DNA from: Macrostomum lignano
Taxonomy: Eukaryota
Direction of reading: 5' to 3'
NCBI GenBank assembly: GCA_002269645.1
Contig: NIVC01002149.1
Location: 1 to 64,000 of the forward strand
DNA length: 64,000 nt
Shown here: positions 37,201-49,810 of the stretch, one piece after another
Numbering within the stretch: the stretch's first letter is position 1
How the letters are laid out: every line of letters starts with the position of its first letter
Position numbers and translations under genes: made by a program
The notes under the pieces: model-generated
Told to the model about the DNA's origin: nothing
Seen by the model: only the letters and a program-made list of their open reading frames with translations
Database searches by the model: none

Positions 37201-38327
37201 CGCTCAATCTAGGAGAATTCCATCGCTCAATCTAGGAAAATTCCATCGCTCAATCTAGGAGAATTCCATCGCTCAATCTAGGAAAATTCCATCGCTCAAT
37301 CTAGGAGAATTCCATCGCTCAATCTAGGAGAATTCCATCGCTCAATCTAGGAAAATTCCATCGCTCAATCGAAAAATTCCATTCGCTCAATCTAGGAAAA
37401 TTCATTACGAAATTTGAGAACTTTAATTAGTGAGCTGCAACGAACTAAGCCCATAAGCCAATAAAACTCACCCCCAGCATCAGTCTATGGTAATAGACGG
37501 CGTCAGATTGCTCGTAATGTGACAGCGTGACAGCAAAGATGATCACATTTACCAGTAGTAAAATAATCTGTTAACAAATTGTCGTGTATTAAAAAAATTC
37601 GGAATTAAACAGATGCGTGTAGATGATATAAATTAATGGTAACTTAAAGGCTTGAGCCAATTTAAAGATGCTTTGAGTTCTAAGATCTCCGCATGTAGTT
37701 TGGGTACCGATTCATAAATTTTTACGAGCGTACATATAATAGATTGGGCCATAGACACTAGTGGCAAGCTGGGTCATAAACAACAATGACACATTGGGCC
37801 ATAGAAACTAATGACACATTCGGCCATAGACACTAGTGACACATTGGGTCATGGACACTAGTGAAACATTGGGCCATAGACACTAGTGACACATTGGGTC
37901 ATGGACACTAGTGACAGATTGGGTCATAGTGACAGATTGGGTCATAGTGACAGATTGGGTCATAGTGACAGATTGGGTCATAGTGACAGATTGGGTCATA
38001 GTGACAGATTGGGTCATAGTGACAGATTGGGTCATAGTGACAAATTGGGTCATAGTGACAGATTTGGTCAGATACTAGAGCCATAGACCGATTGGGTCAT
38101 AGTGACAAATTGGGTCATAGTGACAGATTTGGTCAGACACTAGAGCCATAGACTAAGTCAGAGACACTAGAGAGTGATTAGGTCAGAGACACCTTGATAT
38201 GCAATAGAAATTTTAATTCTGAAAAGCTTACGCAGACAGACAGGATCAGGGCCAATCAGCTCACCAGCACAAGGGTCCTCGGTCCCTCATTGTGACACCA
38301 ACGGATGGCGCCGAATTTGGTTACCAT
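28786..38327 (-). CDS. NADPH oxidase, gp91phox (NOX1/2/3-like) type, 586 aa, no EF-hands
   Basis: Exons 38265-38327, 37472-37567, 34946-35065, 33453-33877, 32407-32536, 31518-31745, 30217-30347, 29962-29998, 29124-29533, 28786-28906 total 1761 nt in frame. [23 protein letters not shown], four heme His (SLH..ALH; YTH..VHG), [42 protein letters not shown], terminal KENF*. Confidence 0.96.
29625..29830. repeat. 33-bp minisatellite, NOX intron 8
   Basis: Unit GAGGGTAGGCGGACCAATGGGGATGAGGCTGCA. Confidence 0.88.
30478..30930. repeat. TGTACAGTGCA-based short-unit repeat, NOX intron 6
   Basis: Recurrent TGTACAGTGCAG(G/A)TT units of ~14-16 bp. Confidence 0.88.
30986..31349. mobile_element. MITE, 364 bp, 80-bp perfect TIR, 8-bp TSD, CAAGG termini (P-superfamily-like)
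   Basis: 30986-31065 is the exact reverse complement of 31270-31349; TSD CCTTTTTA at 30978-30985 and 31350-31357. Confidence 0.93.
31862..32372. repeat. 21/22-bp minisatellite, NOX intron 5
   Basis: GAATCTCTAGTCTCCAATCCCA and GAATCTCTAGTCTCAGTCGCA units. Confidence 0.93.
32775..33390. repeat. Polypurine repeat, NOX intron 4 (pyrimidine-rich on the sense strand)
   Basis: GAAGGGAGGGAAAC units, then GGGAGATGCAGGGAGACAAGGGAA units. Confidence 0.92.
33958..34910. repeat. (CTCA)n/(CA)n compound microsatellite, NOX intron 3
   Basis: About 200 CTCA units with repeated (CA)n and ACGCACTCACTCTC interruptions. Confidence 0.97.
35220..37400. repeat. 23-bp satellite, ~95 copies, NOX intron 2
   Basis: Unit AATCTAGGA(A/G)AATTCCATC(G/A)CT(C/A). 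Confidence 0.96.
37745..38165. repeat. 18-bp minisatellite with degenerate flanks, NOX intron 1
   Basis: GATTGGGTCATAGTGACA units. Confidence 0.88.
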
Positions 38328-38957
38328 GGCGACGCAATTAAGTGTCTAAGTGGTCTGTCTCGGAAGCAGGAAAAATTAACGAACGAGAAAGAAATCATAT
38401 GGGAATCAGGCATTTGTTAATTATATCAAGCTGATTAAAAACTCACGACCAAGACAATAAAGAATTTTTTTGCTTCGACAGCAGTGAGCAGTTGAAACGT
38501 TAGTTTAAAATTTATAAAATTTCACGTGTATTTCGCACTAAAATAATCCACCACTAAGAAATGATTACATGATAAGCATGGTTTGATGAAATGTAATGAA
38601 ACCAACAGCCTCTTTAACAATAACGAAAATACTGAACAGTTAAGCTTGAACTACAGAAATTACATAAAAATATTGGCATGTTAAGAAAGAATGGCATTGT
38701 AGTTTGTTTTGTTAGCATAATAATTTGTGTACCTGCGTGCTTAGGATTAGGAAAGACAATGTTAGCAGAAGTTGAAATTAGACATTCAAAACGCACTAAA
38801 TGGCTTATATTGTAGGAGATTAAAAAATTAACAATAGGCACAGAGGAGATTCGCACATCACTATCAGCTGCATGAAAGGCTCGGCCCCTGCCGCAATTCA
38901 AGGCCAAAGTCGACCCGCGGCCAATTTAAAAAAAGTTTTGTAAATATTTTTTTATAA

Positions 38958-39545
38958 AGATTTCCCGGACCCTAGATTTCCCAGACCCTAGATTTCCCGG
39001 ACCCTAGATTTCCCAGACACTAGATTTCCCAGACCCTAGATTTCCCAGACCCTAGATTTCCCAGACCCTAGATTTCCCAGACCCTAGATTTCCCAGACCC
39101 TAGATTTCCAAGACCCTAGATTTCCAAGACCCTAGATTTCCAAGACCCTAGATTTCCTAGACCCTAGATTTCCCGGACCTGAGATTTCCCGGACCCGAGA
39201 TTTCTTGGACCCGAGATTTCCCAGACTCTAGATTTCCCAGACCCTAGATTTCCTAGACCCTAGATTTCCCGGACCTGAGATTTCCCGGACCCGAGATTTC
39301 CCAGACTCTAGATTTCCTAGACCCTAGATTTCCCGGACCTGAGATTTCCCGGACCCGAGATTTCTTGGACCCGAGATTTCCCAGACTCTAGATTTCCCAG
39401 ACCCTAGATTTCCTAGACCCTAGATTTCCCGGACCTGAGATTTCCCGGACCCGAGATTTCCCAGACTCTAGATTTCCCAGACCCTAGATTTCCCAGACCC
39501 TAGATTTCCTAGACCCTAGATTTCCTAGACCCTAGATTTCCAGGA
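38958..39545. repeat. 16-bp minisatellite, ~36 copies, between PEF and NOX
   Basis: Unit ACCCTAGATTTCCCAG. Confidence 0.94.
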
Positions 39546-39668
39546 CCATAGAGGACCTTAAAACTACTCAAGCATAGGCTTTGTGAGTAAAGTTAATGCT
39601 AGCACCCCTGACTAATGGAACTGCCTTAAATGTAGAAGTGCTGCGTCGCAATGACCTGTTATCCCCGG

Positions 39669-40734
39669 TTAATCGCCGACAACTCGCTGAGTGAGGAACT
39701 CCTCCAAAGATGCAGGGCAGGCAGCGCCGCCGCGTTCGGCGACCTCCTGCAGCAGCCAGAACTGCTCGGCGTGCCGGTGAATCAGCGAGTTCAACAAGAC
39801 GAAGCCGTCCAGGTCGAGCAGCTGCGTCTCGGCGGCGCAGAATTTGTGCATCGCCCGGTGCAAAAAGTTGGCGGACAGCAGGCAGTCCGGGTGGATTTGC
39901 AGCACGGCGCTTCGCAGCTGGCGGCAGTCAATGTGCCCGGAGCCATCATCGTCGGTTTCTAGGAAAACGTGGATCCAGTGACGCACGCGACCGCAGATTT
40001 CCTGATTAGGGTGGGGGCAGGGAATTTCGGGAAATTCGCGGCTTTTACTACTGACAAGGTTAGGAAGTAGTGTTTACAGAAAATTAATTCGTACTGAGTA
40101 ACTAAAACACTGCATGTAGAACCACATGCAGAATGGCCACTCAAAGTCTTTCCAATACAAAGAAAAGAAATATGTGGAAAGACACTTTCTAAGCATATTG
40201 AGCGCCTATTATTAATACAATCTGTCCGTTTTGGCCATAGACAAAAACCCAGAACAGACGCCCAAATGCAAATAGTATTAAGTGTTTAACAATGTAGCTT
40301 TTCTAGGCTAGCGATCCTTATCTGAAGGGTACCGCTACCAATTTGGAACTGAGGGTTGGCGCTACTATGCGGATCTGGGGGGGGGTTGGCGCCATTATGC
40401 GGATCTGAAGGGGTGGCGCCACTATGCGGATCTGAGGGGTGGCACCATTATGCCTTATACCAATTATAAATAGGCTTCATCAAACCTCCGAAGCCCTCAC
40501 TTTGAACTCCTCAAAGCCAACGGAGTCGCTGCCACCCGAAGAGAAGTGCTGAACCAACGTCTGGCATGTGCCAATAGAAAACTGCTGACAGCTGTCCGTC
40601 AGCAGCACCTGCTGCAGTTCAGGGGCGGAAATTCTGCCATTCGAGTTGCTGTCGGCAATTCGAAACCACTCAGTCACATCAGTGCCGTCTGTGGCATCAG
40701 TTGGAGCTGGGCACTCAGTCAGGGTCTGCAGCAT
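39669..40734 (-). CDS. Divergent penta-EF-hand protein (PDCD6/peflin/sorcin family), 188 aa
   Basis: Exons 40501-40734 and 39669-40001. EWFRIADSNSNGRISAPELQQVLL..QFSIGTCQTLV..VGFEEFK|EICGRVRHWIHVFLETDDDGSGHID..LS.NFL..KF..LDLDGFV..SLEEFL follows the PEF layout. Confidence 0.85.
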
Positions 40735-41876
40735 CTCATTTGTTTCTTTTTCCGCCTCCTCATAGTCCGGCTTGTTGGCATTAAATAAAAACGACTGAAA
40801 TAATTTTCTGTCTTGTGACTTTTCAAGAGCTAAAATTGTAGCCTTTCTAATCTCCTAATCTTTATAAACTTTAATTTTAAACTTATATAATTTTTAGCTA
40901 AAAAAGTTTAAAGTATAAAAAGAGCTTGCAAAGCTATACAAATTAATTTTTTGCTCATCAATCCATATAAACTAGACAAGACACAGATACTTTTCATTGT
41001 ATAAAATTTCGTTTTAAGTTTATTCAATAAAAAGCTTAATTTAGTTCAAGCTGTTTAGCTTTGTAATTGCTTTCTGAAAGTGTCCATTGACACTTGATTC
41101 TTATAGAATGTTCAATAGTTAAAAGAGAAGTAAAGTTATATTTTGAAATTTGCATAAAATATAGAGCTTAAAATATTTTAACACTTGCTTTGTGACCTGG
41201 ATCTGAAAATCCGAAAATCCAAAAACTGAACATTGTACTTATTCTATTGTATAACATCTGCACACAATAAATTAATATGGTATACAATTAACCGTCATGC
41301 AAATGTAACTGTGCTGGACAACCTTAATGAATAAGAAAGCAATAAATTATATGGATGGATCCAACAAACACGAGAATGTCAAAAAATGCAATGAAAAATA
41401 GCGGAAAAGTCTATAGCTTCTTAGAAAAAGTTGAACTTAAAATTTTAAAACGCTTGAGCAGTAAATAAAACAAAACGAAATTAAATAAATGCGAAAATCT
41501 TTGTAAAAGCTTTTTAGCTTAACAATTCTTAAATTTTCTTAACGTAAACACAATACAAATTTTTTTTTCATATTTCCATATTCTGCAAACTTTACAAAGC
41601 GTTGACATGGTTTCGTTCTTAACTAGGTATAACAAATCCGATTTAAAGTTTTTGCAAATTTAATTATAAAAAATTTCTGTGTTTTTTAAATTATATATAA
41701 GTTTAGTTTCGTTTGAAACTATTAACACATTTAACACAGATTAAAAATGTCTCTATGGTGATGAAAATCTTTTAAAGTAAAGAATCTGCACATTTTCTGA
41801 CTCTCAACTGGCGGGCGTTTAACTAGTAAAAGTAATTTTTTCTTTGATTTTTTGTTTTCTTGGATCTCATTAGAAA

Positions 41877-44800
41877 ATGTCGGACGGATCAGAAGAGGAG
41901 GAAGAACAGGGCATGAACCTGGGCGTAAGTGATTTTACTGTTCTATTTAGTCCGATTTGTATAAGAATGACTATATATGGACCTCAGAATTCCTGTACAC
42001 TACTCGTACTATGTTATATGTTATCGTTAGTAGCTAAAAATCATTTTGGTATCATAAACAGCATTGAAGTGCTTGAATGCAAAAAAATGAATTTTATGGA
42101 ATATACAAACTATCCAATAGAATATAAACTGTTGAGCTTACTAGAGTTCTGTTTTATGAAACTATAAACAAACTAAAATTATTATGCCATTTCGTATATA
42201 ACCTTGCGGTTAATTTTTTAGGAGTACGAAGGCGAGAGGAACGAACGCGATGAGAGGCACGGCCACGGTAAGGCGACCCTGCCAAATGGGGACACGTATG
42301 TCGGAGAGTACGAGAATGGCAAGCGGCATGGATCTGGACTATACCGGCAAGTGGATTCTTACCCTAATTTTATAGCCCCGGTGCATTTTCACCATATTAA
42401 CAACCGTTGGATATTAATTTAGGTTCAAGAACGGCGCCCGCTACGAAGGTCAGTACCAGAAGAACAAGAAGCATGGCAAAGGTGTGTTCATCTACCCTGA
42501 CGGATCCAGATACGAAGGTGAGCCATTTTAAATGCCCTGCCTAAATTTGATTTACTGCGAGCTTTCACGCATTGCATGGGAATTCATCGATCCACTTTTA
42601 GGCAGCTGGATCGAGGACCAGCGATCCGGCACTGGCAAGTACATGTACGTCAATGGCGATTATTACGAGGGCGAGTGGCACCAGCACCAGCGGCACGGCC
42701 GGGGCACGTACTTCTTCAGCGAGACCGGCTCCAAGTACGTCGGCATGTGGAAGGAGGGCAAGATGGACGGTTACGGAGAGCTGGTACACGCCAACCACAA
42801 ATACGTGGGCCTGTGGCGCAAGGGCTACGTGAGTGCTCGATGGGCGGCCTGGGGAATGTAGATTTCAGTGGCTTCTTCAGGTACCGCTCCCACCGGTACT
42901 TCAGGTATCTCTCTCCCCCACCGGTGCTTCAGGTGCCTCTCTCCCCCACCGGTGCTTCAGGTGCCTCTCTCCCCCATCGGTGCTTCAGGTGCCTCTCTCC
43001 CCCACCGGTACTTCAGGTGCCTCTCTCCCCCACCGGTGCTTCAGGTGCCTCTCCCCCCACCGGTACTTCAGGTCTCTCCCCCCACCGGTACTTCAGGTGC
43101 CTCTCCCCCACCGGTACTTCAGGTGCCTCTCCCCCCACCGGTACTTCAGGTGTCTCTCCCCCACCGGTACTTCAGGTACCTCTCCCCACCGGTACTTCAG
43201 GTCTCTCCCCCCACCGGTACTTCAGGTGTCTCTCCCCCACCGGTACTTCAGGTGCCTCTCCCCCACCGGTACTTCAGGTCTCTCCCCCCATCGGTACTTC
43301 AGGTGCCTCTCCCCCACCGGTACTTCAGATGCCTCTCCCCCCACCGGTACTTCAGGTGCCTCTCCCCCCACCGGTACTTCAGGTATCTCTCCCCCCACCG
43401 GTACTTCAGGTGCCTCCCCCCACCGGTACTTCAGGTACCTCTCCCCCCACTGGTACTTCAGGAGCCTCTCCCACCCACCGTTACTTCGGGTGCCTCTCCC
43501 TCCACCGGTGCTTCAGGTGCCTCTCCCAAATCATCGCACAGACATGGTAGAAACTGAATGCCTTCAAAGCTGCAAAAAACCTCATTCCAGATGGACGGCA
43601 AGGGCAAGTACGTGTTTGATGTGGGCTGCCAGCAGCACGGAGAATACCAAGCTGTTGAACAGGTGCGCATATTGAGTTTCATTTTCCTGGTCCCCTGTTT
43701 CGGGGAGCGCATGATACTCAGCAGTTTGAACTCCCAGTGAATCTTAATCAGAAGACTGTTCAAAACTGCCATTCCCCAAAAAAGCAGATAGGCATGAAGC
43801 CAGATTCAGCTAGCGGAGTCCGCAAGGTACTTTTAAACTGCCAATTCATCACTTTTTCAAGTTTTTAGTTTTTTATACTCATGCTTTTTCACTTCTAGAT
43901 TTGCTCAAGATATTTGTTTCTTATGGTTTTGAACTTTTGGTTTTCTGATGCATCTTGAATTTGGGATAAAACTGTAAAATTGACGCATTCTAACTAAGAT
44001 ACTCAATGTACTTTTAACTGTATGCTTTTTGCACTTCTATGTGCGCCGAGTCTTTCAGCTGTCACAAATTTTTTCGATTAGAGAATGTAACTTCATTGCA
44101 CTTTTAAAGCTGGCTTAGAAATCTGAAGTTCGCAATGTACTTTTAAACAGGCCGCCGACGACAAAGGTGAAGAGGAGGAGGAGGCGGCCATCATCGTGCC
44201 CAAGTGGAAGGCCGGCGCCATCACGAAGATCACCGAGGACGCGCCGCCGCCCATGACCTCGGCTGACCCCACCGGAGCGATGGAGCAGCCGGACGCTGAG
44301 GCGGCGGGAGACGAGGAGGGAGACGGTGAGCTGCGACTTTGAGCTCTTTGATTGCCTGAGTTTCCTGAGTCTGAGACTGACGGTGCGAATCTGGGATAGG
44401 AAGCGATAATTCGTTGTACAGGCTGCTTGTACAGTGCATTCAACATGTACAGGCTGCTTGTACAGTGCATTCAACATGTACAGGCTGCTTGTACAGTGCA
44501 TTCAACATGTACAGGCTACTTGTACAGTGCATTCAACATGTACAGGCTGCTTGTACAGTGCATTCAACATGTACAGGCTACTTGTACAGTGCATTCAACA
44601 TGTACAGTCTACTTGTACAGTGCATTTAACATGTACAGGCTGCTTGTACAGTGCATTCAACATGTACAGGCTGCTTGTACAGTGCATTCAACATGTACAG
44701 GCTGCTTGTACAGTGCATTCAACATGTACAGGCTGCTTGTACAGTGCATTCAACATGTACAGGCTACTTGTACAGTACATTCAACATGTACAGGCTGCTT

Positions 44801-46404
44801 GTACAGTGCATTCAACATGTACAGGCTACTTGTACAGTGCATTCAACATGTACAGTCTACTTGTACAGTGCATTCAACATGTACAGGCTACTTGTACAGT
44901 GCATTCAACATGTACAGGCTGCTTGTACAGTGCATTCAACATGTACAGGCTACTTGTACAGTACATTCAACATGTACAGGCTACTTGTACAGTGCATTCA
45001 GACTACATGTAGAGGTTTTTGCTGGTATATTAAGCTAAATTGACTTTTAGTTGTCTCTGACGTGCTTTCACATGCTTGTATCGGCGCATATCGCTGGGAT
45101 CTCTTGACCCTAACTCTTAAAAGTACTTATGCAGTCTGTAAAAGTAACAGTTTTGGTTTTATTCATAACAAAAAATCGCGTTTTTCCTCCCCTTCTGCCC
45201 ATTGAAAACTCAGAGGTTCCGAGTTCGAACAGCCGGCACTGATTGAGCGGTTTGGGATTCCCACCAGAGCCCCAATGATTTTGTGCATGATTTTTTATTG
45301 ACCGAAAAACTTTTTTTAATTTTCCTCCCAAATTTTGCACTGCATTGATTTCCAAGCTACTATGAGTAGTAGATGCCCCAAATGTACAGACTGAACTCGC
45401 TAATCTGTGTCGGCTTGTTATCGGGCCTCCCACACGCACAGCAGAGGCTGATCAGGCAGAGTAAGTGCTCATTTACTTGTGTAGTCACCCAGCATGCTTC
45501 CTTGCTTATTACTAAGGTAAATGTGCCTTAGCATCTGTTTTCTCTGATGGTAGCGGTGGGCAGTTGACTCTACTTTGCAATCGTCGTTATATAAAACTAT
45601 TTTCGCACTAAATGTACTGCTCGCCAACCGGTTGCATTGATTATTTAAAAAGTACTTACTGACCGAATATCTGCTGCAAGAACTGTCCCACTTATTACTG
45701 TATTTCCGGCACAAACCTTTAAGAAATGCAGACCATTTAAAACGGACACGATGTACTTTTCTGATTTCTGCTTGAACATTTCTAATGTGTTAAACTTTTC
45801 AAAACACCCCTTACTACCTATCGTAAGGCCTTGGCGAAAAAAGGAATCTTAAACTTTTAATTTGAAAGCCAGGCCTCCAACACAACCTCATCCCGACTTG
45901 AAAATTGAAAATTGCCTGGTTCTTAAGATATGCTTATGAGCTCAAGCAGCTATAAGCACTGCGTACTTTTACTGAACTCTTCCACTTTCTCAACTCCCGC
46001 CCTCCGCACAATCCTCGAAACACAACAAAAATTAAAAGCGCACAACTTTACCTTTTTTACTCTACTGATACTGATACTGATACTATACTCTACTGCCCGG
46101 ACGGCAGTAGTCAAATGCGAATATTCAAAATAAAATTTACTTGAGCTGTTAAAAATTTCCAAATTTTTTCTCTACTGCAGAAGAGAAGCCACTTGACGAC
46201 GACGAAGCCGCGACGGCAGCCGCTCCCGCCGCCAACGACGGCGACGCGGACGCCGACGCCGCCGAGGTCGCCGACGCCCCCGACGCCGATGCCGACGCTC
46301 CCGCAGGCGACGACGCCGACGATTCGGCGCCGCCGCCTCCTCCAGACGAAGATGAAGGCGGCGACGCCCCCGCTGAAGATGCGGAGGACGCGGGAGGGGA
46401 CTAA
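41877..46404 (+). CDS. RSPH1: Radial spoke head 1 homolog (MORN repeats, acidic tail), 321 aa
   Basis: Exons 41877-41924, 42222-42346, 42423-42517, 42602-42828, 43591-43662, 44151-44325, 46181-46404 total 966 nt. [64 protein letters not shown]. Confidence 0.95.
42880..43525. repeat. ~26-30-bp minisatellite, RSPH1 intron 4
   Basis: CCACCGGTACTTCAGGTGCCTCTCCC with variable C-run length. Confidence 0.93.
44415..45000. repeat. 31-bp minisatellite, ~19 copies, RSPH1 intron 6
   Basis: Unit TGTACAGGCTGCTTGTACAGTGCATTCAACA. Confidence 0.95.
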
Positions 46405-46914
46405 ATTTGCATATGCTAATTAGATTGACCTTCTCTGTACCCCCAACGTAAGGTATTTCTGGTTTGCGCTTTTGACTTAGCGAGTTCGCCTACTTAAATG
46501 ATCATGTATTAGTAGTATGTTTGAACATTTTAAGAAGCAAAAATATGTATGTGTTTTCTATAAAATTCGCTTTAATCTTTAACAGCCCCCTTTAATATCC
46601 TCCTGCAGAATTAAACGCCCTCTGCCTCACGGCAGCAACTATTTCAGCGCATCCCAACTGAAAAATACACTGGCTGAGCAGTTAAGACCGGATTGATTTG
46701 CAGTCCCAGATTATTGCCGGCAAAGGTTCCTGTCGTTTGAATTATTCACCTTGAATTAACAAATCTGCAGGAGACTTTTGTGGCCCATGGCCTGCAGCTC
46801 AGCTGTCGGGTAGAGAATCGCTCAATGAATTATGCAAGCTCAGAGTGAGCACGTAGGCAGGCTGACAGCATCTGCTGAGTTCCGCGACCTCTCGCTGCGG
46901 AGTATCCTAGTGGA

Positions 46915-47635
46915 CTGGACCATGGAGACCCGGGACTGTTGCCATGGAGACCCGGGACTGTTGCCATGGAGACCCGGGACTGTTGCCATGGAGACCCGGG
47001 ACTGTTGCCATGGAGACCCGGGACTGTTGCCATGGAGACCCGGGACTGTTGCCATGGAGACCCGGGACTGTTGCCATGGAGACCCGGGACTGTTGCCATG
47101 GAGACCCGGGACTGACCATAGAGACCCGGGACTGTTGCCATGGAGACCCGGGACTGTTTCCATGGAGACCCGGGACTGTTGCCATGGAGACCCGGGACTG
47201 TTTCCATGGAGACCCGGGACTGTTGCCATGGAGACCCGGGACTGTAGCCATGGAGACCCGGGACTGTTGCCATGGAGACCCGGGACTGGACCATGGAGAC
47301 CCGGGACTGTAGCCATGGAGACCAGGGACTGTTGCCATGGAGACCCGGGACTGACCATAGAGACCCGGGACTGTTACCATGGAGACCCGGGACTGTTGCC
47401 ATGGAGACCCGGGACTGACCATAGAGACCCGGGACTGTTGCCATGGAGACCAGGGACTGTTGCCATGGAGACCCGGGACTGACCATAGAGACCCGGGACT
47501 GTTACCATGGAGACCCGGGACTGTTGCCATGGAGACCCAGGACTGGGCCATGGAGACCTGGAACTGACCATGAAGACCCGGGGCTGTTGCCATGGAGACC
47601 CGGGGCTGTTGCCATGGAGACCCGGAACTGGTCAC
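46915..47635. repeat. 22-bp minisatellite
   Basis: Unit CATGGAGACCCGGGACTGTTGC. Confidence 0.94.
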
Positions 47636-48109
47636 TGACTGGAGGAGGGTGAGGGACAGGGTGAGGGACAGGGTGAGACAGAGACCCGGGACTGGGCTGG
47701 AGTGGCAGAGGCTGTGCTCGGTCTCTAGGCCAGATGTTTATTTAGAAGTCCATGGCTCGCATCTAGCCCTCCCATCTGCTTCACGCTAACCTTCCATGTA
47801 CGCGGGCGGGCATGCAATATTAACGAGCGGCCGAGCTGAGCCGGGCCCAACATGCAAACGTGCGCCAAGTGGGTTGAGTGAACTGCGAGATGCGCTTGGC
47901 ACTGATCTGAGTCGAGGTCATCGTGACGAGAATTTCAGACAGATATTTCCTGCAGCAGGCGGGCGCATCAATGATGAGCGGGTCAGGTTTCTCGAGATCC
48001 CGTCTGAAATACAGAGAGAGGAGTTTATGTGCGGGACAAGTTTGCTGGTAACCACTTGGACTAGCTGGAATATTTCTAATTTTTTAGAGCATGCACGCTG
48101 GGAGACAGG

Positions 48110-49810
48110 TTGAGGGACAGGGTGAGGAGGGTGAGGGACGAGGTGAGGAGGGTGAGGAGGGTGAGGGACGAGGTGAAGAGGGTGAGGAGGGTGAGGGACG
48201 AGGTGAGGAGGGTGAGGAGGGTGAGGGACGAGGTGAGGAGGGTGAGGAGGGTGAGGGACGAGGTGAGGAGGGTGAGGAGGGTAAGAGACAGGGTAAGGAG
48301 GGTGAGGCACAGGGTGAGGAGGGTGAGGGACAGGGTGAGGGACAGGGTGAGGGACAGGGTGAGGGACAGGGTGAGGGACAGGGTGAGGAGGGTGAGGGAC
48401 AGGGTGAGGAGAGTGAGGGACAGGGTGAGGAGGGTGAGGGACAGGGTGAAGAGGGTGAGGGACAGGGTGAGGAGGGTGAGGGACAGGGTGAGGAGGGTGA
48501 GGGACAGGGTGAGGAGGGTGGGGGACAGGGTGAGGAGGGTGAGGGACAGGATGAGGGACAGGGTGAGGAGGGTGAGGGACAGGATGAGGGACAGGGTGAG
48601 GGACAGGGTGAAGAGGGTGAGGGACAGGGTGAGGGACAGGGTGAGGGACAGGGTGAGGGACAGGGTGAGGGACAGGGTGAGGGACAGGGTGAAGAGGGTG
48701 AGGGACAGGTTGAGGGACAGGGTGAGGGACAGGGTGAGGGACAGGGTGAGGGACAGGGTGAGGGACAGGGTGAAGAGGGTGAGGGACAGGTTGAGGGACA
48801 GGGTGAGGGACAGGGTGAGGAGGGTGAGGGACAGGGTGAGGGACAGGGTGAGGAGGGTGAGGGACAGGATGAGGGACAGGGTGAGGAGGGTGAGGGACAG
48901 GATGAGGGACAGGGTGAGGAGGGTGAGGGACAGGGTGAGGGACAGGGTGAGGAGGGTGAGGGACAGGGTGAGGGACAGGGTGAGGGACAGGGTGAAGAGG
49001 GTGAGGGACAGGGTGAGGGACAGGGTGAGGGACAGGGTGAGGGACAGGGTGAAGAGGTTGAGGGACAGGGTGAGGGACAGGGTGAGGAGGGTGAGGGACA
49101 GGGTGAGGGACAGGGTGAGGAGGGTGAGGGACAGGGTGAGGGACAGGGTGAGGGACAGGGTGAAGAGGGTGAGGGACAGGGTGAGGGACAGGGTGAGGGA
49201 CAGGGTGAAGAGGGTGAGGGACAGGGTGAGGGACAGGGTGAGGGACAGGGTGAAGAGGTTGAGGGACAGGATGAGGGACAGGGTGAGGAGGGTGAGGGAC
49301 AGGGTGAGGGACAGGGTGAGGAGGGTGAGGGACAGGGTGAGGGACAGGGTGAGGGACAGGGTGAAGAGGGTGAGGGACAGGGTGAGGGACAGGGTGAGGG
49401 ACAGGGTGAAGAGGTTGAGGGACAGGGTGAGGGACAGGGTGAGGGACAGGATGAGGAGGGTGAGGGACAGGATGAGGGACAGGGTGAGGAGGGTGAGGGA
49501 GAGGGTGAGGGACAGGGTGAGGGACAGGGTGAGGAGGGTGAGGGACAGGATGAGGGACAGGGTGAGGAGGGTGAGGGACAGGGTGAAGGACAGGGTGAGG
49601 GACAGGGTGAAGGACAGGGTGAGGAGGGTGAGGGACAGGGTGAAGGACAGGGTGAGGAGGGTGAGGGACAGGGTGAAGGACAGGGTGAGGAGGGTGAGGG
49701 ACAGGGTGAAGGACAGGGTGAGGAGGGTGAGGGACAGGGTGAAGGACAGGGTGAGGAGGGTGAGGGACAGGGTGAAGAGGGTGAGGAGGGTGAGGGACAG
49801 GGTAAGGAGG
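48110..49810. repeat. 1.7-kb polypurine repeat of 12-bp and 9-bp units
   Basis: GAGGGACAGGGT and GAGGAGGGT units mixed; a short copy also at ~47640-47680. Confidence 0.96.

Noticed and set aside
38327-39669. Direct in-frame PEF-NOX fusion (true NOX5-like gene)
   Set aside because: PEF ends with its own stop and NOX has its own ATG exon matching the NOX2 N-terminus (WCHNEG); I saw no convincing donor in PEF exon 2 that bypasses the stop.
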